NCBI GenBank assembly: GCA_021399345.1 | Contig: JAAFKI010000010.1 | Location: 1 to 64,000 of the forward strand | Source: Candidatus Heimdallarchaeota archaeon | Lineage (GTDB): Archaea > Asgardarchaeota > Heimdallarchaeia > Heimdallarchaeales > Heimdallarchaeaceae | Length of the DNA: 64,000 nucleotides | Reading direction: 5' to 3' | Part shown: piece after piece, positions 20,646 to 30,067 of the stretch | Position numbering within the stretch: the stretch's first letter is position 1 | Layout: every line of letters begins with the position of its first letter | The notes under the pieces: model-generated | The model's input: the letters and a program-made list of their open reading frames with translations, nothing else | Told to the model about the DNA's origin: nothing | Databases searched by the model: none | Position numbers and translations under genes: made by a program

Positions 20646-21341
20646 TTATTTCGTCTCAACGTCATAATATTCTATAAAAGAGACCTTATCATACTTATTA
20701 GATATCTCTCCTAAATCTCTTGTAACACCATTTCGAATAAACTGTATATATTCCATGAATCTAGTGTCTTTTGGTAATTCTACTTCAATGATTTTTCCTT
20801 TAATCTCTATTTTTGTCGAAGCAAAATCAACTCCAGGTAATCTTTTTTCGAGTAAGCATATGAACTGCTCTTTAACCTCTGTAACTTTCTTTACAATTTC
20901 AATTTCATAAATTAAATCCATCCCTGCTAAATCATGATTAAAATCTACTTTTACTCTACTACTTGAAACCTTCAAGATACGCCCAATTTGTCCGCCAATC
21001 TCTGCCTTCATATCTTCCTTTGGTTTGATTTGATGTCTTTGAAACTCTCTTCTTTGAATCAACCTAATCTGAGAGCGATCTCTTAATCCAAATCCTTTCT
21101 TTGCTTCAATTTCAATTGTTTTCTTCTGCCCCTCCTTCATCCCTACTAATTCCTCTTCAAGACCTACAGGTAACCAATTTTTTCCGATTATAAGGGTAAA
21201 AGGTCGATAGACCACCTTCTCATCAAAAACATCTTCTTTTTTTGCTATGTTTTCAAATGTAGTATCAAATACTTTATTGTCTTCTTTTGTTCTCCCAGTA
21301 TAATTTATGTTTACCATATCCCCTTGATCAAGAGTTGCCAT
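20646..21341 (-). CDS. FKBP-type peptidyl-prolyl isomerase (SlyD-like, long archaeal type)
   Basis: YTGR...VFDTT, GLEEEL and VDFNHDLAG motifs. Confidence 0.92.
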   Translation of the reverse strand: MATLDQGDMVNINYTGRTKEDNKVFDTTFENIAKKEDVFDEKVVYRPFTLIIGKNWLPVGLEEELVGMKEGQKKTIEIEAKKGFGLRDRSQIRLIQRREFQRHQIKPKEDMKAEIGGQIGRILKVSSSRVKVDFNHDLAGMDLIYEIEIVKKVTEVKEQFICLLEKRLPGVDFASTKIEIKGKIIEVELPKDTRFMEYIQFIRNGVTRDLGEISNKYDKVSFIEYYDVETK

Positions 21342-21426
21342 AAGTTCACCATTACGATATTATCCAAGTAGAATCTATGTATTTAGCTATATTTAAAATT
21401 CTGCTTTGAAACCTAATATTTTTTGA

Positions 21427-22089
21427 CTATACACTATTCATAAAGGTATTGAATTGAATGTTGCTTGACTCTTCTCCCACTTTTTTAACAAATTCATTTA
21501 GAATGCTACATTTATCTTCAGCTATATTTTTAGTTATAGGGAAATGCATCCTTGAGGGGAGTTTGAAGAGCTTTTCATCAAAATGAACTAAGGCTTCTTT
21601 AATATTAAGCCCCCTTTCACAGCTGAAGTTGATGGTTCTGTAAAGACCAATTGCTCCTAATGCATCAAGTGCATCAGCATCTTGTAGTATTTTTGCTTCT
21701 ACTGTCTTTGGAGCAATGTTTTTGCTGAATCTGTGGGAAAGAATAGCTTCAGTTACATCTTGTTTTAGCTCTGTGAGATTCAATCCATCTAGAAATTCAA
21801 CTGCTTTTTCAGCACTTACTTCTGCGTGACACCTTCCATTTATTTCCTCAATGGGTCTTCCCACATCATGAAAAATAGACGCAATAAGTAATACATCCAA
21901 ATGTGCTTCAAGTTTAGGTGCTAGTTCTAAACACGTATTTGTGACTCGGATTATGTGATCAAATGAATGTGACATTTTGTTCTCATAAAGCTGAAATTGA
22001 TTTTTAACATACTCATGTGCCTTTTGAAGTACTTCCTTCAATTCTGCTAAATTGGATAAAAACTTAAGCTTACAATTTTTTTGTTTCAT
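21427..22089 (-). CDS. HD-domain phosphohydrolase
   Basis: SHSFDHIIRV, FHDVGR and LQDADALDALGAIG motifs. Confidence 0.88.
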   Translation of the reverse strand: MKQKNCKLKFLSNLAELKEVLQKAHEYVKNQFQLYENKMSHSFDHIIRVTNTCLELAPKLEAHLDVLLIASIFHDVGRPIEEINGRCHAEVSAEKAVEFLDGLNLTELKQDVTEAILSHRFSKNIAPKTVEAKILQDADALDALGAIGLYRTINFSCERGLNIKEALVHFDEKLFKLPSRMHFPITKNIAEDKCSILNEFVKKVGEESSNIQFNTFMNSV

Positions 22090-22094
22090 TTTTT

Positions 22095-22742
22095 CTACAT
22101 CTCATATAAATTGTATATTTTTCCTTCTATTTTGAAATCTGGATCAACCTCTATAATCGCAAAATTACCTGTTGTGACAGGGCCAGGATTAACCACAGTA
22201 CATTCATTTAATTTAGTTATAGTAGGTGAATTATGAATGTGTCCTGATACAACTAAAAATATGTGAGAATTTTTTTCAACAAATTTTCTCAATTCAATCG
22301 AACCAATATGTCGATTCAACGAAACCATGTCTGCTTGTGTATTGTAGGGCGGCACATGTGTAAGAAGGCAAACTCTATCTTTTGATTTTTTCAACTTATT
22401 TAACAATTTTTGTTTTAGTTTTGGTTTATGCGTTCCAAAGCCTATAATTTTAAAGAAATCAACTTCTTGAATTTTTGATTCTACATTAATTGCTTTTGTT
22501 TCAAGTTCTTCGATTCTAGCATAAGGATCACAATTTCCAATTACAAAAAAAACTTTGTTGAAATGATCAGTAACTGTTTCTAAGATTCGATTCATATCTG
22601 TGGTTGTGCCAAAATTAGTTATATCTCCAGCAATTAAGCAATATGTTGGTGGTTGTTTGAGATTTTTAACTGAGTTAAGAATGTTAAGTAAAGTGATATT
22701 TTGGCTATGGATGTCTGACAAAATTAGCATTTTAACTTTCAA
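22095..22742 (-). CDS. Calcineurin-like metallophosphoesterase
   Basis: SDIH, AGDIT, GNCD, THVPP, GHIH and NPG motifs. Confidence 0.9.
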   Translation of the reverse strand: MKVKMLILSDIHSQNITLLNILNSVKNLKQPPTYCLIAGDITNFGTTTDMNRILETVTDHFNKVFFVIGNCDPYARIEELETKAINVESKIQEVDFFKIIGFGTHKPKLKQKLLNKLKKSKDRVCLLTHVPPYNTQADMVSLNRHIGSIELRKFVEKNSHIFLVVSGHIHNSPTITKLNECTVVNPGPVTTGNFAIIEVDPDFKIEGKIYNLYEM

Positions 22743-22753
22743 GATATCACCTA

Positions 22754-23377
22754 TTAATCTAATTCAAGAAAAGTAAATACTCCTGTGTATTGGAAATTCT
22801 CTTTTTCTGTATTGAATTCCCAAAGCTCAAATACAATCTTGAAGGAGTTAGGATTAGTGAGTTTACTTAAAACTTCGGAATTTACATATAATACAAGTTC
22901 AGTTGGTTCCCAGATGTAGTCTCCAGCAAATAATCCAGTTTCTTTTTTTTCCACGTTTGTAGCAGGTGATAAGATTTTTTCAAATGTATCATTTGGATAG
23001 AGAAAAAAGGATGATATTGCAGAAATTGGTTGCTGTGAACTAACGTTTTGAGTAAGTTCTACTACCTTTATTTGCAATTGATAATATTTTACACTATTCT
23101 CGAAATTTTTAACCATAAAATAGACCGAAACATTTTCATAAGAATAGATTTGTGTCGGATAATTGTTCGCTTCAAAATTTTCAGTCAAATCATTATACAT
23201 AAGAAGAGATAACTCTGAGAATCCATCTGGTTTTTTTTGGAAAAATACACTCGATGAAATTCCAATTACAGATGCAACAACAACAAGAATGATTGACAAT
23301 GATATTATCCTATTTATTTGGGACTGGGTGAGTTTAGAATTGACCTTCTTAATCAAGCTCTTTTTCTCTTTTGTCAT
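22754..23377 (-). CDS. DUF1616 C-terminal-half-like membrane-anchored protein
   Basis: Single TM followed by FSELSLL...NYP...VKNFE. Confidence 0.6.
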   Translation of the reverse strand: MTKEKKSLIKKVNSKLTQSQINRIISLSIILVVVASVIGISSSVFFQKKPDGFSELSLLMYNDLTENFEANNYPTQIYSYENVSVYFMVKNFENSVKYYQLQIKVVELTQNVSSQQPISAISSFFLYPNDTFEKILSPATNVEKKETGLFAGDYIWEPTELVLYVNSEVLSKLTNPNSFKIVFELWEFNTEKENFQYTGVFTFLELD

Positions 23378-23898
23378 TTCACATCCCCTTTAGAATTATT
23401 ATAACTAATCTCAAGCTTACTGTATTCTTCAATTTTCTTCTTCTCGTACCAAGGATATATTTTACTAATGAAGAGAAAACTAAACATTATTGCCCCTAAA
23501 CCAGCCAGAACACCCACAAGTGAAAAAATAATTATCTTGTTCTGAGTCTTACTTTGAATTTTAGAATCGATTTCTCCAATAATAGAATCAAGTTGTAGAA
23601 TCGCTTCGGTTGCTTTTTGATAAGAAATTGTAAAGTTACTACTTGCATAGTTATCCTTAGCATCTTTGATCAATTGTCGTGCATCATCAGCTTGCAATAT
23701 CAAATTGCGAATATCTTCATCATAATTGGAGATTTCTTCAAGTAGTTCCAAAACATAAGTAAGTTTTTCATCCGCTTCTTGAATGGCTACAGATGCCTCT
23801 TGTTCAGCTTGGCTTTGAGCAATTGGTATTTGATTATGCAATACTGTAGTGATACCGAATACACACAGAATCAAAATGAATTTTTGATACCTCTTCAT
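23374..23898 (-). CDS. Exported helical-bundle protein with C-terminal TM
   Basis: Signal peptide, amphipathic helices, TM helix; AGGTGA ribosome-binding site. Confidence 0.65.
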   Translation of the reverse strand: MKRYQKFILILCVFGITTVLHNQIPIAQSQAEQEASVAIQEADEKLTYVLELLEEISNYDEDIRNLILQADDARQLIKDAKDNYASSNFTISYQKATEAILQLDSIIGEIDSKIQSKTQNKIIIFSLVGVLAGLGAIMFSFLFISKIYPWYEKKKIEEYSKLEISYNNSKGDVK

Positions 23899-24569
23899 TT
23901 TGTATCACCTCTTTTGAAAATGTTGAATCTAGACAATGAAATATTGAACTCTAATTTCCCCGCACCTATTAGAATGCGTAATAGAGCAGTTAAGAATAAG
24001 ATAAAAACTGTAAGAGATCCAATTATTATAACAAACGAAGGTGTTTCCATAACCCATATCTGATTTAGTATCAACCCTGAAAAAACCATTATTCCAATAT
24101 TAATTCCTAAAGATATCAAAATCCGCTCATATTGATCAATTGCTTCATATAATCTTGGAAAGATAAGATTAGTCATTGTCCAACCTGGTATCAAAACTCC
24201 AAATATTCCTCCTATTATAACTCTTAAAAACAACAAAGGTGAGGTTTCTGGAATTAGAAGTACTGTAATAAAGAAAAGAATGCAAAGACCTAAAATAAGC
24301 CAAAATTCGACAGAAAAATAATGCAACTTAAACAAAAAATCTGGTATAGTTTTAGGTAATTTTCTAGTAATTTTAGGTGAACCTAGGTGAATAGCGTTTC
24401 TTTTTTCCAAGTCTTTAATTGTTTGATAGACTTGTTTTTCATTTGCTTCTGTAAGTTCTAATGTCCTTTGAATAAGCTTTCTTACAGTTTTAGGTTTTTC
24501 TTCTGTAAGAATTTTTTGAATTGATTTTTCAACACTGAAACTTCTGCTGTTATTCATGCTTTCGAACAA
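23895..24569 (-). CDS. wHTH plus DUF1616 N-terminal-half membrane protein
   Basis: LRVIIGGIFGVLIPGW...IFP...DQYERILISLG motif; N-terminal winged helix. Confidence 0.7.
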   Translation of the reverse strand: MFESMNNSRSFSVEKSIQKILTEEKPKTVRKLIQRTLELTEANEKQVYQTIKDLEKRNAIHLGSPKITRKLPKTIPDFLFKLHYFSVEFWLILGLCILFFITVLLIPETSPLLFLRVIIGGIFGVLIPGWTMTNLIFPRLYEAIDQYERILISLGINIGIMVFSGLILNQIWVMETPSFVIIIGSLTVFILFLTALLRILIGAGKLEFNISLSRFNIFKRGDTK

Positions 24570-24628
24570 CAGAAGTAAAAGAATAAAAAAAGTTTTTGAA
24601 TCGAAAAGAAAAAAAGAATGGGTGTTTA

Positions 24629-25795
24629 TTAAAGATTTACTTCTCTTTTTAACTCATTAATCTTGTCTGTTTTTTCCCAAGTAAATTCTGGTAAGTTTCT
24701 ACCAAAATGACCATAACAAGAAGTTTTCCTGTAAATCGGTCTTTTCAGTTTAAGGTGCTCAATTATTAAGCCAGGCTTGAAATCAAATATCTTCAGAATT
24801 GCTTTTTTTAATTTCTTTATATCTACCTTCTCAGTTCCAAAGCATTCAACATTAACAGCTAATGGATTTGGTTCTCCAATGGCATAGGCTACTTGTATTT
24901 CACATTTATCTGCTAATCCTGATGCAACAACATTTTTAGCTGTGTATCTAGCTGCATAAGATGCAGAACGATCTACTTTGGAAGGATCTTTTCCTGAAAA
25001 TGCTCCTCCCCCATGGGAATCTACTCCTCCATATGTGTCTACAATAATTTTTCTACCAGTTAATCCTGCATCACCATGAGGCCCACCGGTTACAAAACGA
25101 CCTGTTCGGTTGATGATAATCTTAGTTCTATCATCTAGTAATTCTTTTGATACAACCTTTTCTATTACTTCTTTTTGAATACCTGCTTTGATTTCGTCAA
25201 TAGTGGTTTCTTCAATATGTTGTGCTGCAATAACAATAGCTTCTATTCTAAAAGGAATATCATTCTTATACTCTACCGCAACCAAAGATTTTCCATCAGG
25301 TCTTAAAAAAGTTAAAATCCCTTTCTTCCTAACTTCAGTTAATCTTTGTGTTAGCTTGTGTGCTAGAACTATGGGTAAGGGCATGTATTCAGGCGTTTCA
25401 TTTGTAGCGTATCCATACATGATCCCCTGATCTCCTGCGCCCTGTTCTTCTTGTTCCTCTGTTCTAACTCCTATAGCTATGTCAGGTGATTGTGAGTGTA
25501 TAGTGTTAATGACTGCACATCCCCTATAATCAAAACCAATACTAGAATCATCATAACCTATTTCCTTGATTGTATTTCTGACAATCTTTTCATAGTTCAA
25601 GATTATAGGTTTAGTAGTGGTTATCTCCCCACCAATTAGAACTAATCCAGTTGTTACAAAACATTCACATGCAACATGAGCATCTGGATCTTCAGCCAAA
25701 ATGGCGTCTAAAATGGTGTCTGAAATTTGGTCACATATTTTGTCGGGGTGACCTTCTGTTACTGATTCTGAGGCAACAATCTTGTAGGAATCCAA
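24629..25795 (-). CDS. metK: S-adenosylmethionine synthetase, bacterial/eukaryotic type
   Basis: ESVTEGHPDK, GAGDQG, GGGAFSGKDPSKVDRS and YGHFGR motifs; TTG start. Confidence 0.96.
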   Translation of the reverse strand: MDSYKIVASESVTEGHPDKICDQISDTILDAILAEDPDAHVACECFVTTGLVLIGGEITTTKPIILNYEKIVRNTIKEIGYDDSSIGFDYRGCAVINTIHSQSPDIAIGVRTEEQEEQGAGDQGIMYGYATNETPEYMPLPIVLAHKLTQRLTEVRKKGILTFLRPDGKSLVAVEYKNDIPFRIEAIVIAAQHIEETTIDEIKAGIQKEVIEKVVSKELLDDRTKIIINRTGRFVTGGPHGDAGLTGRKIIVDTYGGVDSHGGGAFSGKDPSKVDRSASYAARYTAKNVVASGLADKCEIQVAYAIGEPNPLAVNVECFGTEKVDIKKLKKAILKIFDFKPGLIIEHLKLKRPIYRKTSCYGHFGRNLPEFTWEKTDKINELKREVNL

Positions 25796-25908
25796 TTTCT
25801 CATCTCTCCAAAATAACTTATAAAATGAAACTTACTTTCACTTTTTAATGCTTGTTATAAGAAAGTAATGTTGTTCTGAACAAAATCATAAGAAATTAAG
25901 CAATGCTT

Positions 25909-26562
25909 TTACTCAATTCCCGAACTAATTTGTATTTCATTTAACATATCTAATATTTCTTCCTTGCTTGGAATATCTTCAGGATTACTGCTTTTAGAGG
26001 CAAAAATTAATTTTGTAGATAATTGTTCGATTTCACGAAGTAGCATTGGGTTATGACCTTTTTCCAATAGAGCATCTCTAATTTCTATTAACTGATTAGA
26101 AATCTTGAGAAGTTCTTGAGAAATATCCACACTCTCGCTTATGAGATGTCTAATTAAACCAAATCCGTCATTTACTGTAGATATCTGAGGATGTAAAGTT
26201 GAATTTAGATGTTGAGCAATCTGACGAATGATTTGATTCTCTAAATCTCCTTTTTTTGTTTCAGCTTCCTTATATTTTTTCCCAAAAACGACATTAGAAA
26301 GGTGTTTTAGCGTATTTTCAAAAACATCTTGTGATTGTAATTCGGGAATTAAATGTATGAGTTGTGTTTTGACCAAAACCCGTCTCTCATTTTTTAGCAA
26401 ATAATTATATTCATCTTTTGTTAGTTTTTCATCAGCTACGAGCTTTTTGACATCCTCTCTAAATGTTTGTCTATTTCCCCTGCCATTCCAATATGACATC
26501 TCGATGTGTTCCCGTAACTTAAGTACAATTTCATCCAGTGTAGATGTTTTGGTTGCATCCAT
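25909..26562 (-). CDS. Hypothetical helical protein
   Basis: 217-aa ORF with normal composition; no recognised family. Confidence 0.65.
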   Translation of the reverse strand: MDATKTSTLDEIVLKLREHIEMSYWNGRGNRQTFREDVKKLVADEKLTKDEYNYLLKNERRVLVKTQLIHLIPELQSQDVFENTLKHLSNVVFGKKYKEAETKKGDLENQIIRQIAQHLNSTLHPQISTVNDGFGLIRHLISESVDISQELLKISNQLIEIRDALLEKGHNPMLLREIEQLSTKLIFASKSSNPEDIPSKEEILDMLNEIQISSGIE

Positions 26563-26688
26563 GTTTTATGTACTTGTTTTATATGTTAATAAGAATTTCT
26601 TAAGCTGAAAAGACAAATCTCGGCTTCGAAGATAAATTTATGAGCAGTGCACAACAAATATCAATAACTTATTTACTCGTTCATAGAG

Positions 26689-27420
26689 ATGACAGACACT
26701 GTTGGTATATTATTCTGTGGAGGAGAAGGTACCCGAATGAGACCTTTAACTTACTATATGCAGAAGGTTATGATGCCTATTGGGGAAGATCAAGTTCCTA
26801 TTCTAGAGTATGTGCTTAAACATTTCAAGAAACATGGTATTAACGATATAATTTTACTGGTGAATTACAAAAAAGAGCAGATACAAGGATACTTTGGAGA
26901 TGGTGAGAAACTGGGGATGAATTTGATATATGTTCCTGATAAACCAGGACCTGTGGGAACAGGTACTGCTTTACTCAATGCTCAGGAATATATTAGGGAG
27001 AGAAAAATGATAATTTATTATTCTGATATTATAACCAATGTAAATTTCTCTGAGATGATAAATTATCACATCAATCATGGAAAATGGGCAACCATTTTAG
27101 CATCTAGGGGTTGGAAAATACGCGTTGGAACTGCTGAAGTTGATACTTCTAATAAAGTTAAAAAATTTGTGGAAAAACCCCAAATACCTTTACTGGTTAA
27201 CACTGGAATTAGTATTTTGGATCCAATTGTATTCAATTATCTCAATGAGTTTGATTCCAGTACAAGCATTGATTTATCAAAAGACATATTTCCAAAGTTT
27301 GTAGAAAATGAGCAGATGTACGCTTATATTCCAGATGATGTGTATTGGGAAGATATTGGTTCTATTGAACGTTATGAAAAACTAGATGGCGAATTTATTA
27401 CTGGAGTAATGCGAAAATAG
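26689..27420 (+). CDS. Sugar-phosphate nucleotidyltransferase
   Basis: GGEGTRMRPLT...K, GTG, FVEKP and WEDIG motifs. Confidence 0.92.
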   Translation: MTDTVGILFCGGEGTRMRPLTYYMQKVMMPIGEDQVPILEYVLKHFKKHGINDIILLVNYKKEQIQGYFGDGEKLGMNLIYVPDKPGPVGTGTALLNAQEYIRERKMIIYYSDIITNVNFSEMINYHINHGKWATILASRGWKIRVGTAEVDTSNKVKKFVEKPQIPLLVNTGISILDPIVFNYLNEFDSSTSIDLSKDIFPKFVENEQMYAYIPDDVYWEDIGSIERYEKLDGEFITGVMRK

Positions 27421-27488
27421 TAATATTTACATTTTAATTTGAAATCTTAAAGGAAACATTATTATTGATTTGTTAAAAAGGGACTATA

Positions 27489-27881
27489 ATGAAACATAGA
27501 TTAATGGATTTATTGGCGTGTCCAATTGATAAATCATGGCCTTTGAAATTGGAAATTGCAGAGGAAGTAAAGACATTAGAGAAAATTACAATCCCTATGC
27601 AAAATGAACAAACTGAAGTTGTTTGTAACTATTATTGCAATTTTCTTCAATTCCAACTTGTAGAAGTAAGTGATAATGGGGAAGAAAGTATAAAGGAAAT
27701 CGATGAAATCAAAAAACATGTGTCGCTAAAGGATTGTCAAGAATGTTTCAAAATTGAAATTCAAAGTGGGAAGCTATATTGTTCTCATGACGAAAATCAT
27801 CAATTTGATATAAAAGAAAGTATTCCAGTTATGCTTACTGAACAACAACTCAAGGAAATTTACGGGAGAAAAAGAAAATAA
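27489..27881 (+). CDS. Trm112-family methyltransferase activator (long form)
   Basis: LMDLLACP N-terminus; IQSGKLYC...FDIKESIPVML C-terminus. Confidence 0.85.
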   Translation: MKHRLMDLLACPIDKSWPLKLEIAEEVKTLEKITIPMQNEQTEVVCNYYCNFLQFQLVEVSDNGEESIKEIDEIKKHVSLKDCQECFKIEIQSGKLYCSHDENHQFDIKESIPVMLTEQQLKEIYGRKRK

Positions 27882-27902
27882 TTTTTGAAATCATCCACTC
27901 TT

Positions 27903-28190
27903 CTATGTTTTTTCCTTTGAATCAGTTTCTATTTCTTTGTTCTTCTTATTGTCTGTTTTATATGTGTGCCAAATAAAATACACTATTTCAATAAGAATAC
28001 CCGTCGCTAGTAAGACATTAATTATAACTATCTTTGCTCTAAAACTTTCAAAATCAAAGAGAAATTTTTGTACAGACAAGAATATTCCATAGGCTACAAC
28101 AATCAGTAAAATCATTGTAAGTTGAATACCTGCGGCCCTATCAATTTTGTTTATCAGTTTCTTAGCTTTTGTCACTTTCTTATTTGGCAT
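27903..28190 (-). CDS. Small two-TM membrane protein
   Basis: AGGTGA ribosome-binding site; two hydrophobic helices. Confidence 0.65.
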   Translation of the reverse strand: MPNKKVTKAKKLINKIDRAAGIQLTMILLIVVAYGIFLSVQKFLFDFESFRAKIVIINVLLATGILIEIVYFIWHTYKTDNKKNKEIETDSKEKT

Positions 28191-28203
28191 TTTTTCACCT
28201 GTC

Positions 28204-30018
28204 TTATCTATAATCCCTCTTAAAAAGCTCTTCTATGTATTTTTCATTCAATATAATGATGGTTGGTCTTCCATGGGGGCAGGTGAAAGGTTCTTCTAAT
28301 TCCAGTAACTCTTTCAAAAGCAGTTCCGCTCTATCTAATGTAATTTTATCCCCAGCTTTAATTGATCTTCTACACGCAAACATGGATATTATGTCCTTTA
28401 CAAACCCTAGATCTTCTAAATCTAGTTTTTCTTTTATCTCTGAAACATTTGTTTTAAAAATATCAATCATGTCCTTTGCTGTATCGAATTCTATAGTTAC
28501 ACCCATAATAGATGGAATTGACCGAATTAATATCTCATTCTTACCAAAAACTTCAATTTCAAAACCAAATGTTTTGAGATTTTCCTTTATACTTTCTATT
28601 ATTTCAAATTCAGATGGTTTTAGTGTAACTGAAACAGGAGCAAGTAACTGCTGAATTGAGACACTTTTCTTTTTTATTTGTCTAACATATTTCTCATAGT
28701 TTATTTTTTCATGAGCAGCATGTTGATCACATAAGAATAATCCTTCTTGGGTTTCAGCAACAATGTAAGTGTCCTTAATAATCCCAAGAACTCTAATACT
28801 CTTTTTTCGTTCAAAGCCTTTTTCTTCTAATTCTATGTTTTTATCCATTGTAGGAAGAAATTTATCAATTCTCTGTTCCTTACTTTTTACAATCTTATAA
28901 TCTGGTCTTTCTCTCGGACTTACAGAAACAGGTAATTTTCTCTTTGAAGATTCATGACTTTTGGTTTCAACCGAAGTTAGAGTTGTTGGTTTATGCCTTG
29001 TTTCAATAACTGTTTCGAATAATTTTAACCCACTTTTTTCTAATGATTCTCTGGTAGCCGATTCAATTAGTGCATATACTTTAGCTTCATTACTAAATCT
29101 GATTTCTTTCTTTGTTGGATGTACATTAACATCAACCTCATCTGGCGGTAAGTCGAAATAGAGAAAAATTATGGGATATCTATTATGGGGAACTGAGGTA
29201 CCATACCCTCGCGAAACTGCTTCAGATATGACTTTGTTGGTTACAGATCTTCCATTAACAAAGATATATAGATAGTCTTTGGATTTTCGGGAAAATTCTG
29301 GTTTAGTAATAAAACCTGTAACACTGTATTCATTTTCTTTCTTATTGATGGGTAAACAAGCTCTGGCAATATTTTCACCAAAGATTGAGGTTATTTGTAC
29401 AATCAAATCACCTTTGGGAGCTGTAAGTATATCCTTCCCATTATGAGTAAGTGTGAAAGAAATGCTAGGATTTGCAAGTGCTAGTTTAGTTACATATTCT
29501 GTAATGTGATTGATTTCAGTAGATATTGTTTTAAGAAACTTTCTTCTAACAGGAACATTGAAGAAGAGATTTTTTACGCTAATACGTGTTCCTTTTGGTG
29601 CGGAGGCTTGTTTGTCTGAAACAATTTCCCCCCCCTCAATTACTAAGTGAACTCCTAAATCTGACTCTTCTGTTTTAGTGATTATCTCAACCTGAGCGAC
29701 ACTAACAATGCTTGCTAAAGCCTCTCCTCGAAATCCCAAACTATGAATTGAAAATAGATCATCTGCACTATTTATTTTGCTGGTTGTGTGCCGATTAATT
29801 GACAATTTTGCATCAATAGATTCCATCCCTATTCCATCATCAATAACTTCAACAGTTTTTTTCCCTCCCTCTTGAATGTTTATTGTGATTTTGCTACTTT
29901 GTGCGTCAATTGAATTTTCTACAAGTTCTTTAACAACAGACGCTGGACGTTCAATAACCTCTCCAGCAGCTATCTTGTTTATAGTAAGCTTATCTAGTTT
30001 GACTATTTTGTTACTCAT
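28204..30018 (-). CDS. mutL: DNA mismatch repair protein MutL
   Basis: IAAGEVIERP, GFRGEAL, DVNVHPTK, DQHAAHEKINYE and CPHGRP motifs. Confidence 0.97.
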   Translation of the reverse strand: MSNKIVKLDKLTINKIAAGEVIERPASVVKELVENSIDAQSSKITINIQEGGKKTVEVIDDGIGMESIDAKLSINRHTTSKINSADDLFSIHSLGFRGEALASIVSVAQVEIITKTEESDLGVHLVIEGGEIVSDKQASAPKGTRISVKNLFFNVPVRRKFLKTISTEINHITEYVTKLALANPSISFTLTHNGKDILTAPKGDLIVQITSIFGENIARACLPINKKENEYSVTGFITKPEFSRKSKDYLYIFVNGRSVTNKVISEAVSRGYGTSVPHNRYPIIFLYFDLPPDEVDVNVHPTKKEIRFSNEAKVYALIESATRESLEKSGLKLFETVIETRHKPTTLTSVETKSHESSKRKLPVSVSPRERPDYKIVKSKEQRIDKFLPTMDKNIELEEKGFERKKSIRVLGIIKDTYIVAETQEGLFLCDQHAAHEKINYEKYVRQIKKKSVSIQQLLAPVSVTLKPSEFEIIESIKENLKTFGFEIEVFGKNEILIRSIPSIMGVTIEFDTAKDMIDIFKTNVSEIKEKLDLEDLGFVKDIISMFACRRSIKAGDKITLDRAELLLKELLELEEPFTCPHGRPTIIILNEKYIEELFKRDYR

Positions 30019-30067
30019 AGAATCACAGATATTCTTTGTTTTGAGTTAATTCAAGCAATATTTGCTG

